Of a DNA stretch of 64,000 nt, positions 9,217 through 16,145 are shown piece after piece. The notes under the pieces are model-generated. The model did no database searches and had not been told where the DNA came from. It saw only the letters and a list, made by a program, of their open reading frames with translations. This DNA comes from a virus. The translations under genes and the position numbers were made by a program. Where the stretch lies: positions 1 to 64,000 of IMG/VR virus record IMGVR_UViG_3300037336_000025. One strand, 5' to 3'. Numbering within the stretch: the first letter of the stretch is position 1; every line of letters starts with the position of its first letter.

Positions 9217-9555
9217 ATGTTATTAAGAGAAATGTTTAGCCCTATCGGCGCACCAAATAATGAAGATCAAGATATCGACTGGCTCGATGATCTTAAGTTT
9301 TTCATCGATAATGATGATGTCATGCTTAATAGACACTTTTTTCCTGCGGTAAAGAGACACAAAGATTATCAAGGACATCCTAATGCATACAAAGTATACA
9401 TCCGTCCTATCGAACGTTGTAAGGACGCATACTGTAGTAAGTATAACGTAGAAGAACCCGAAAATAAATTCCCCAAAGAAAAAATAATTCAACTGGCAAA
9501 AATGATTGCTGGTGAGCAAGAGCAACATTTGACCTCAGGCGATTACGACAACTAA
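9217..9555 (+). CDS. hypothetical protein, candidate head-internal protein
   Basis: Probable ATG start 9217 (MLLREMF...), rather than TTG 9202; N-terminus resembles those of its neighbours. Confidence 0.65.
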   Translation: MLLREMFSPIGAPNNEDQDIDWLDDLKFFIDNDDVMLNRHFFPAVKRHKDYQGHPNAYKVYIRPIERCKDAYCSKYNVEEPENKFPKEKIIQLAKMIAGEQEQHLTSGDYDN

Positions 9556-9556
9556 T

Positions 9557-12112
9557 ATGTTTTTAAGACAATTATTTGAAGACGGTGGCAACCACATTAC
9601 ATTCTGCTTTGGCAGGTTTAATCCTCCTACCATTGGTCATAAACAGCTCTTTGATGTAATGAGCAGGCAGGGCGGTGATGTTAAAATATTCACTAGTCAA
9701 AGTCAAGACCCTAAAAAGAATCCTCTAGACTACGCTACGAAGATTAAATTCTTAAAGTTGATTGTACCAGAATACGCAAACAATATAGTTAGTGATGCAG
9801 GACTAAACACAGTTGTTAAAGTTGCAAGTCATTTATACAATCAAGGTTATCGTGATGCTACGTTTGTGGCAGGCAGTGATCGATTAGAAGAAATGAAAAA
9901 ACTCCTAGTAGCATATAATGGAGTAGAAGGTAAGAGTCATGGCTATTACAAATTTGATGTACTTGACTTTGTGTCGAGTGGCGAAAGAGAAGACGGTGCC
10001 GAAGGCGTTGCTGGTGTTAGTGCTAGTAGCGCTAGAGCTGCTGCTGCCACAGGCGATCTAGAAAAGTTTGCAGAAGCAACAGGTGCAGGGCAATATGCCA
10101 AAGCATTATATTCCGATGTACGTAAAGGCATGGGTATTAACAACAGTATAGAAGAAAACAATATGAGATCAAAAGAATTTACTCCTGCAGAGAAGCCAAG
10201 AAACTTTGTGGCCAAGAACGCTAAAATGGGCGGTGCTGGTCAGCACACGGATAAAAAGAAAGCTGAGAAACAGGGCGATGTCAAGCACAAAGGCAAAGAG
10301 TATGCCGAAGGCATGGCGGAGGGCGGCGGCGGTGGAGTCAGACAGTGGGCCAATCAAGTTCGCAAAGATCACGGTGCCGATGTCAAGTTTAGAAATCGTC
10401 AAGAAGGCAGCGGAGCAGTAGACAGTATTATTGCTAAAAATAGTCAAGGTGATATAGTGGGCGTATTCAATCGCAAGACTAATCACCCTACAGTATTTGA
10501 GCCAAAGACGGGTGTGGCGGAGGCCACTGGTGACAAGCCTTTCGACAACATGATGAAAAAAGTCACAAAGACTCCTACCGCTAAAGCAAGAAATACAGAA
10601 CGCATAAGACAAAAAAGAGAACGTGAAGAAGAAACACGTGATCGACTTAAAGGTGGCTTCGGTCCGAGCCCTGCAAATAAGTTAAGCATACGCGAACCAA
10701 AGGAAGGTAGCAGTGGCGCTATGGCCAATGCTGCAAGTCGATTGGTTAACAAAGATGATGGCAAAGTTGCAAAACTTCGAGCAGCTGGAGACAAGCGTCG
10801 TGAAGACCAATTAAAAAGCAGAAACATTGCCAAAAAGAATGAAGATGCAGCAAGTGTAGCGGAAAGTGATCCAAGTGGGCTGATGCATGCTGCCCGCCAT
10901 CTCAACAAAGAATTTCGTATCACTGCTGAAGTAGATGGTGTAGCAAAACGTGCTCGAGTGCAAGCGCAGAGTTCTAGAACAGCACAAGAAAAATTCATGA
11001 AACGCTATCCTACTGCACAGATACACAATGTTGAAGATATAACACAACAGATGAGTGAGACGGGTGTGGCGGAGGGTGGATTTTTTGATCCAGATCGACC
11101 CAATATTGGTGATGTAGTTAAACATAAACATAGTGGCGCCATGGGTCGAGTTAAAAAGATAGGAACACAAGGTGGCACTACTACGGTGTATTTCAAAGAT
11201 GCCAAAACAGGCGCAATGAATTATGGTGAGTGGAAGAAGCACGTGTTTCCAATTAAAAAGCAAGGTGTGGCGGAAGGTTCGTTTGGTTCAGGATATGGCA
11301 GGGTGTTTACTCTATATGTCAACACCGGCGAGAAGCCACCAACCAAGACCAAGACCAAAAAGTTTAAGCGTGAAGATGATGCTGTGGCCTGGGCAGAAGA
11401 CTATGCTGACACACACGACCAATATCCAACCCTCCAGATGGAAATAAAAGATGACAACGGTGGCGTGGTATGGGAACTAGAGGAATCACAGGGTGTGGCA
11501 GAAGGTTCATTTGGTAGTGGATTCAACGGTCCGTTCACCGCAGTGGTCAACACTGGTGAGCGTCCTAAATCAAGAACCAAAACTAAAAAATTCAAACGTG
11601 AGGATGATGCCATACTCTGGAGCGAAGACTGGTTAGAAGACTTTCCGCAGTATGTGTATGCTACCATTGAAGTCAAAGACTCAAACGATAATGTAGTTTG
11701 GCAAAGCGATGACGAGCAGGGTGTGGCAGAAGGTGAATTAAACGAGCTGATAGGTATGAACCAAGGCCCGGTAAAAAGAGATGTACCCCAACGAAAGAAA
11801 CCAACATTTGCTGAACTGGTTAAAAAGTCAACTGATAAACGATCAGCACTACAACGACAAAAAGATGGTGGCAAGAAAAACTGGTTTGCGGAAGACGATC
11901 ATGAAGGCATGTATAGCCCGCAAGCAATTAAGATGGGAAACTATTTCATCAAAGAATTTAATTTAACTGATGAAATGGATAAACAATTAGCAATTGAGAT
12001 AGTCGATAATTGTTTAGAGAGTGATTTGACTGATCCGGCTGAAATTAGAAAACAAGTGATAAAATACTTAAAACAAAGTGGAACAATTGTACAAAGTCGC
12101 AAAATAGGATAA
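9557..12112 (+). CDS. modular protein: N-terminal HxGH (cytidyltransferase-like) nucleotidyltransferase domain plus an array of small modules separated by xVAE-G motifs
   Basis: [11 protein letters not shown] and VAGSDR in the first ~195 aa; GMAEG, GVAEA, SVAES, GVAEG x4 and WFAED junctions downstream. Confidence 0.8.
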   Translation: MFLRQLFEDGGNHITFCFGRFNPPTIGHKQLFDVMSRQGGDVKIFTSQSQDPKKNPLDYATKIKFLKLIVPEYANNIVSDAGLNTVVKVASHLYNQGYRDATFVAGSDRLEEMKKLLVAYNGVEGKSHGYYKFDVLDFVSSGEREDGAEGVAGVSASSARAAAATGDLEKFAEATGAGQYAKALYSDVRKGMGINNSIEENNMRSKEFTPAEKPRNFVAKNAKMGGAGQHTDKKKAEKQGDVKHKGKEYAEGMAEGGGGGVRQWANQVRKDHGADVKFRNRQEGSGAVDSIIAKNSQGDIVGVFNRKTNHPTVFEPKTGVAEATGDKPFDNMMKKVTKTPTAKARNTERIRQKREREEETRDRLKGGFGPSPANKLSIREPKEGSSGAMANAASRLVNKDDGKVAKLRAAGDKRREDQLKSRNIAKKNEDAASVAESDPSGLMHAARHLNKEFRITAEVDGVAKRARVQAQSSRTAQEKFMKRYPTAQIHNVEDITQQMSETGVAEGGFFDPDRPNIGDVVKHKHSGAMGRVKKIGTQGGTTTVYFKDAKTGAMNYGEWKKHVFPIKKQGVAEGSFGSGYGRVFTLYVNTGEKPPTKTKTKKFKREDDAVAWAEDYADTHDQYPTLQMEIKDDNGGVVWELEESQGVAEGSFGSGFNGPFTAVVNTGERPKSRTKTKKFKREDDAILWSEDWLEDFPQYVYATIEVKDSNDNVVWQSDDEQGVAEGELNELIGMNQGPVKRDVPQRKKPTFAELVKKSTDKRSALQRQKDGGKKNWFAEDDHEGMYSPQAIKMGNYFIKEFNLTDEMDKQLAIEIVDNCLESDLTDPAEIRKQVIKYLKQSGTIVQSRKIG
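10310..11733 (+). repeat. dispersed in-frame direct repeats GGTGTGGCRGARGG
   Basis: Copies at 10310, 10511, 10853, 11063, 11264, 11492 and 11720. The 18-mer AGACGGGTGTGGCGGAGG is identical at 10506 and 11058; the 18-mer CAGGGTGTGGCAGAAGGT is identical at 11489 and 11717. Confidence 0.9.
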
Positions 12113-12116
12113 TATT

Positions 12117-12446
12117 ATGGACCAACTAACTATTACAGATGCAGCTTACGCCAAGATACAAGACATCTTAGCAGAGGAAAATAATCCAGCACTTAAACTG
12201 CGAACATTCGTACAAGGTGGCGGGTGCAGTGGCTTTAGCTATGGATTTACTCTAGATACTGACCAGAACGAAGATGATTTTGTTATTAGTAAAGACAACA
12301 TCGCTATGTTAGTAGATGCAATGAGTATGCAGTATCTACAAGGAGCAGTGATCGACTACAAGGATGAAATTATGGGCAGTCAGTTTGTTATTAAAAATCC
12401 AAATGCACAATCAACCTGCGGATGCGGGAGTAGTTTTTCAGCATGA
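12117..12446 (+). CDS. erpA: A-type Fe-S cluster carrier (ErpA/IscA, HesB family)
   Basis: [34 protein letters not shown] and [14 protein letters not shown] carry the three conserved Cys. Confidence 0.93.
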   Translation: MDQLTITDAAYAKIQDILAEENNPALKLRTFVQGGGCSGFSYGFTLDTDQNEDDFVISKDNIAMLVDAMSMQYLQGAVIDYKDEIMGSQFVIKNPNAQSTCGCGSSFSA

Positions 12447-12640
12447 AACAATACCGTGTAACTTATAATGTCGATAAAGGCGAAGGCGATGAATGCGTAC
12501 TAGATGCAAACGATGCCTTACATAAAATGAAGGAAGGAATGTTTCTCGGAAGTGTTCCGGGTGTTGACACCTATCTAGTATATCCTGAACCTCGAAGTGT
12601 AGATTCAGATGAAAAAATTAACCCGTATAGTCAAGTATGA
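12443..12640 (+). CDS. hypothetical protein (65 aa)
   Basis: ATGA overlaps at both ends, consistent with translational coupling. Confidence 0.65.
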   Translation: MKQYRVTYNVDKGEGDECVLDANDALHKMKEGMFLGSVPGVDTYLVYPEPRSVDSDEKINPYSQV

Positions 12641-13179
12641 AAGCAAATGAAATTTTAACAGAAGCAGTCAAGCAACGTCTTGACGCTAAGTGCTGGAAAG
12701 GCAAACATAAAGAAGGCACCAAAATTAAAGGTGGCGTTAGAGTTAATAATTGTGTGCCTAACGAAAGTCTGCACCAAGAGTTCGACATGATTGAAAGCAT
12801 CATTGAACAGATTGCAGATTATCATGCTATCGACAGTGACCTTGTATGGGAAGATTTATCAAATCTCACAGACGACGAGCTATATGTGTTTGCTGTTACC
12901 CAACCGGTTAACGAAGATTGGCAAAAAGCCAATAAGAAAGACAAGACTGATGGTATGAGCAAGAAAGCCGTTAGTGCGTATCGTAGAGAAAATCCAGGTA
13001 GTAAATTAAAGACTGCGGTAACTACTAAGCCTGGCAAGTTAAAGAAAGGTAGCAAGGCTTCAAAGCGTCGAAGCAGCTATTGTTCTAGATCCGCTGGACA
13101 ACAGAAAATGCATAACATTAGCTGTAGTAAAACTCCGGACAAGGCAATCTGCAAAGCACGTAGGCGCTGGAACTGCTAA
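12637..13179 (+). CDS. modular basic protein, candidate head-internal protein
   Basis: [10 protein letters not shown]-terminus; CWKG..GTK.KGG.RV.NCV module; acidic module; basic Cys-containing module ending RRRWNC. Confidence 0.7.
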   Translation: MKANEILTEAVKQRLDAKCWKGKHKEGTKIKGGVRVNNCVPNESLHQEFDMIESIIEQIADYHAIDSDLVWEDLSNLTDDELYVFAVTQPVNEDWQKANKKDKTDGMSKKAVSAYRRENPGSKLKTAVTTKPGKLKKGSKASKRRSSYCSRSAGQQKMHNISCSKTPDKAICKARRRWNC

Positions 13180-14195
13180 TGAGAGCAAGTGAATTTATCA
13201 CTGAAAACTTTGCCGACGGCAAGAAGCCGGGACGTAAAGGTCTAGCAAAACGCTCAGGTGTTAACACTAAAGCTAGTGTAAGTAGTCTACGAAAGACTGC
13301 AAAGAATAGCACAGGTGAAAAAGCTCGCATGGCACATTGGATGGCTAACATGAAAGCCGGTCGTGCCAAGTCTGAAGACATTGAAGAAGGATGGAAAGAC
13401 TGGGTAGCAGGCGGTGCTATGGCACTAGGTGCTTTAGGTGCTAATGCAGGTGATATTGTGTCACAGGTTGCAGAGAAAGGTGATACGGTTTATAGTATTG
13501 CTAGAGACAACGGTATTAGTCCTGCTGTTATTATGAAACTAAACGGATTTACTAATGCTACTAAACTAACACCCGGACAAGAAGTAAAAGTTCCTGATGT
13601 TTATACAGACGAAAAACCCGCTGCTAAAAAAGCAGAAAAGAAACCAGAAGTTAAAAAAATAGAACCAAAAGCAGAGCCAAAGGCTGCATTGGCGTCAACT
13701 AATGCACACGAAAACTTTTTAATTAAAACAGCAAGAGCTGCTGGCATTAAAGGAATAGAACTTGCTGCATTCTTATCGCAGGTTGCTCATGAAAGCCACG
13801 ACTTTCAAAGCATGGTAGAGTACGGAGGCAGTTTGGACTTCCGCAAATATGATCCTAAGTATGCTCCTAAGAAAGCTAAAATATTAGGCAATACTAAAGT
13901 AGGCGACGGTGCAAAGTACAAAGGTCGTGGATACATTCAAATCACCGGCAGGTACAACTACGGTATTGCTGGTGAAGCAATTGGCATAGATTTAGTAAGT
14001 AATCCTAAGCTAGCAGAAAAACCTGCGGTTGCTGCAAAGATTGCTATTTGGTACTGGAAACTTAGAGTACAACCAAATGTCGACGACTTTAGTAATGTTA
14101 GAGCTGTTACTAAGCCTATTAATCCGGGATTGCGTGGTCTAGAAGATCGTAAGAGCAACTTTAAAGATTATAAGACAATGGTTGCTGCTTTATAA
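13179..14195 (+). CDS. LysM + GH19 peptidoglycan hydrolase, probably virion-associated
   Basis: MRASEFITE leader; LysM (VAEKGDTVYSIARDNGISPAVIMKLNG...LTPGQEVKVP); GH19 (AAFLSQVAHES, YKGRGYIQITGRYNY, TKPINPGLRGLEDR). Confidence 0.85.
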   Translation: MRASEFITENFADGKKPGRKGLAKRSGVNTKASVSSLRKTAKNSTGEKARMAHWMANMKAGRAKSEDIEEGWKDWVAGGAMALGALGANAGDIVSQVAEKGDTVYSIARDNGISPAVIMKLNGFTNATKLTPGQEVKVPDVYTDEKPAAKKAEKKPEVKKIEPKAEPKAALASTNAHENFLIKTARAAGIKGIELAAFLSQVAHESHDFQSMVEYGGSLDFRKYDPKYAPKKAKILGNTKVGDGAKYKGRGYIQITGRYNYGIAGEAIGIDLVSNPKLAEKPAVAAKIAIWYWKLRVQPNVDDFSNVRAVTKPINPGLRGLEDRKSNFKDYKTMVAAL

Positions 14196-14201
14196 TAAAT
14201 A
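14195..14201 (+). promoter_or_regulatory. late promoter ATAAATA
   Basis: Heptamer 5 nt before ATG 14207. Confidence 0.65.
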
Positions 14202-14206
14202 CATAT

Positions 14207-14452
14207 ATGAAAATACGTGAAATATTCGAGACTGCAACTGCTGGTGCGACATCTAGTGCTAATATTGCCACTGTTGTAAGCCCTCAGCTAAGTCCCGGTT
14301 CTGCACGTGGAAAAACCAGCTACACCGGAAGCCCAGGAAAAAGTGGTACTAAAGCACCGCCGCAACCTAAGCCAAAGAAACAAACCCCCACTGATAACGC
14401 ACTAGATTCCAAAACTAATATATTTGGCACTGGTACAGCAATCAAAAGATAA
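14207..14452 (+). CDS. small G/S/T/P/K-rich protein, candidate head-internal protein
   Basis: MKIREIFE N-terminus, own late promoter. Confidence 0.7.
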   Translation: MKIREIFETATAGATSSANIATVVSPQLSPGSARGKTSYTGSPGKSGTKAPPQPKPKKQTPTDNALDSKTNIFGTGTAIKR

Positions 14453-14455
14453 ATA
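14449..14455 (+). promoter_or_regulatory. late promoter ATAAATA
   Basis: Overlaps the upstream stop; AAGGA SD and ATG 14487 follow. Confidence 0.65.
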
Positions 14456-14486
14456 CATAATAGACCTTTAGGATCAAGGAAATAAA

Positions 14487-15437
14487 ATGGACTTCAAAAA
14501 ATTACTAAACACATTAGACAGCATGGACGCTCCAGTAGCTACACCTGCTGCGCCGCAAATTGCGCCGGCTGTGCAGCTTAACGAAGACGCGCAATTGCGT
14601 GTTCTAAGCGGACGTACTACCTACGTTGCTGAAGCTAAAAAGAAAGCCGAAGAAAAAGTTGCCGAAGCAATGAAAGACGGTGACAAGAAGAACGTTGCTA
14701 CTGGCACAGTTGAAAAGACTAAAACTGGTATTGTTCATAAAAGTAATAAGGCATACGGCGGTTCTGAAGAGAAAGCCGACGATGCTGATGATGCTCCTAA
14801 AGGCAAAAAGAAAACAGCTAAAGAGTCTATCAATACTGAAGCATTTAAAGGCAAATTTGCCAAAATGGTTGAAGCTAAAAAGAAAGGTGGTAAGCCAGAC
14901 TTCTTAGATCTTGACAAAGACGGTGACAAGACAGAGCCAATGAAAAAGGCAGCTAGCGATAAGAAAGCAGGTCCTAAGAAAGGTGTAAATCCTTTTGCTA
15001 AGAAAGACGAAAGTGTAAAAGAGTCCGACGACATGAAAGTGGGAGCCAAGAAAAAGTCTGCTACAGGTGGTACTATCGAAAAGACTGCTACCGGAATCAA
15101 ACACACAGCAGGAAAGAACTATAGTGGCAAGGCGGCTGAGAAAGAAGAAAAGTCTAAGAAAGACGAAAGCAAAATGATGCCAAAAGGCAAAAAGCGTCCG
15201 GTTGCAGAAAGCGTAGAGACTGCTATGACCTTCCGTGAAATGATGAAGCTAGTTGTTGAAAGTGGTGGACAACAACAAATTGATCCAATTGACTCAGCAT
15301 TGTTTGCTTGGGCTCAACGTGTTGCTGCTTCTAAGTATACAGAAAGCACCAAAGCGGAAGTGTTCGCAGGAATGTTATACGAGCGCAACGGTGGTGTATT
15401 TGAAATGTACGATGTACTAAGCGAAGACCAAAAGTAA
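14487..15437 (+). CDS. K/E/D-rich prohead core/scaffold-like protein
   Basis: Low complexity; many xxE motifs (LNE, VAE, AKE, VKE); internal repeat ATG(G)TV/IEKT.TGI.H; DFLDLDKDGDKTE motif. Confidence 0.55.
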   Translation: MDFKKLLNTLDSMDAPVATPAAPQIAPAVQLNEDAQLRVLSGRTTYVAEAKKKAEEKVAEAMKDGDKKNVATGTVEKTKTGIVHKSNKAYGGSEEKADDADDAPKGKKKTAKESINTEAFKGKFAKMVEAKKKGGKPDFLDLDKDGDKTEPMKKAASDKKAGPKKGVNPFAKKDESVKESDDMKVGAKKKSATGGTIEKTATGIKHTAGKNYSGKAAEKEEKSKKDESKMMPKGKKRPVAESVETAMTFREMMKLVVESGGQQQIDPIDSALFAWAQRVAASKYTESTKAEVFAGMLYERNGGVFEMYDVLSEDQK

Positions 15438-15454
15438 TTTAATCAATTACTAAC

Positions 15455-15487
15455 AAAGCCAGCAACTTAGGTTGACTGGCTTTTTTT
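15455..15487 (+). terminator. intrinsic terminator ending the late head-protein run
   Basis: AAAGCCAG-CAAC / TTAG / GTTG-A-CTGGCTTT followed by a T-tract. Confidence 0.85.
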
Positions 15488-15500
15488 ACGGCTGTATAAT
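15472..15500 (+). promoter_or_regulatory. sigma70-type promoter
   Basis: TTGACT-17 nt-TATAAT, embedded in the terminator. Confidence 0.8.
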
Positions 15501-15521
15501 AGTACACAAGGAGATATTATT

Positions 15522-15788
15522 ATGACTAAAATGTACGGCCCGGAAGAGAAAGCAAAATTAGAGCGTCTTATCAACGAGGGATCTAATGTATTGCGAGAAG
15601 TTGAAGACCTTACCGAGGGTCTTAAAGAAACTGTTAAAGCAGTTGCCGAAGAACTGCAAATTAAACCTAGTTGGATTAACAAAGCAATTAGAATTGCCCG
15701 TAAGGACAATTGGGCATCTCATGAAGAAGAGTGGAACGAAATTGAAATGATTCTTGGAGTTACTAAGAACTTGCCAGAACCTGAATGA
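15522..15788 (+). CDS. small dsDNA-binding protein (T4 DsbA-like)
   Basis: 88 aa helical protein; LREVEDL.EGLKETVKAVAEELQIKP..INKAIRIA resembles the phage DsbA family; AAGGAG SD. Confidence 0.55.
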   Translation: MTKMYGPEEKAKLERLINEGSNVLREVEDLTEGLKETVKAVAEELQIKPSWINKAIRIARKDNWASHEEEWNEIEMILGVTKNLPEPE

Positions 15789-16075
15789 TAGAGTTGTTTC
15801 GTGGTACATATAACTGGGCTAGGCGCGATTACAAAGAATGGCCGGTAAGGTTTGTTTTAGAAATTGTTGCTTGGTTTATGAGTGTTGGGTGTGCCGTCTG
15901 GATGGGGTTGACGTTACCTAATCCTCCATTCTTGGTTCTCTATCCATTATTCATTATTCAATGCATGATATTCGGGTGGTCTGCGTGGACCCGAAAAAGT
16001 ACTGGAATGGTTGCTAACTATTTGCTGTTAGTCACTATTGATGTAACTGCGTTAGTTCGGTTAATAAGTATATAA
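15785..16075 (+). CDS. small membrane protein (~3-4 TM)
   Basis: Hydrophobic segments throughout; ATGA overlap with the upstream gene. Confidence 0.7.
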   Translation: MIELFRGTYNWARRDYKEWPVRFVLEIVAWFMSVGCAVWMGLTLPNPPFLVLYPLFIIQCMIFGWSAWTRKSTGMVANYLLLVTIDVTALVRLISI

Positions 16076-16086
16076 GACAACGGTTC

Positions 16087-16133
16087 AATCAGCCATAAAT
16101 GATTATTTTGGTATTTGCAGGCCATAAATTGCA
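16087..16133 (+). promoter_or_regulatory. twin RNA hairpins with identical GCCAUAAA loops: putative translational operator of the DNA polymerase
   Basis: AATCA-GCCATAAA-TGATT (16087-16104) and TGCAG-GCCATAAA-TTGCA (16116-16133), abutting SD AGGAGA (16135-16140) and TTG start 16146. Confidence 0.65.
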
Positions 16134-16145
16134 TAGGAGAAAAAT

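Noticed and set aside
10310-11733. The GGTGTGGCRGARGG repeats as a CRISPR array or Chi sites
   Set aside because: Repeats are only 14-18 nt, degenerate and non-palindromic, spaced 201-342 nt apart and always in frame inside a coding gene; there are no cas genes, and the motif is not the E. coli Chi GCTGGTGG.
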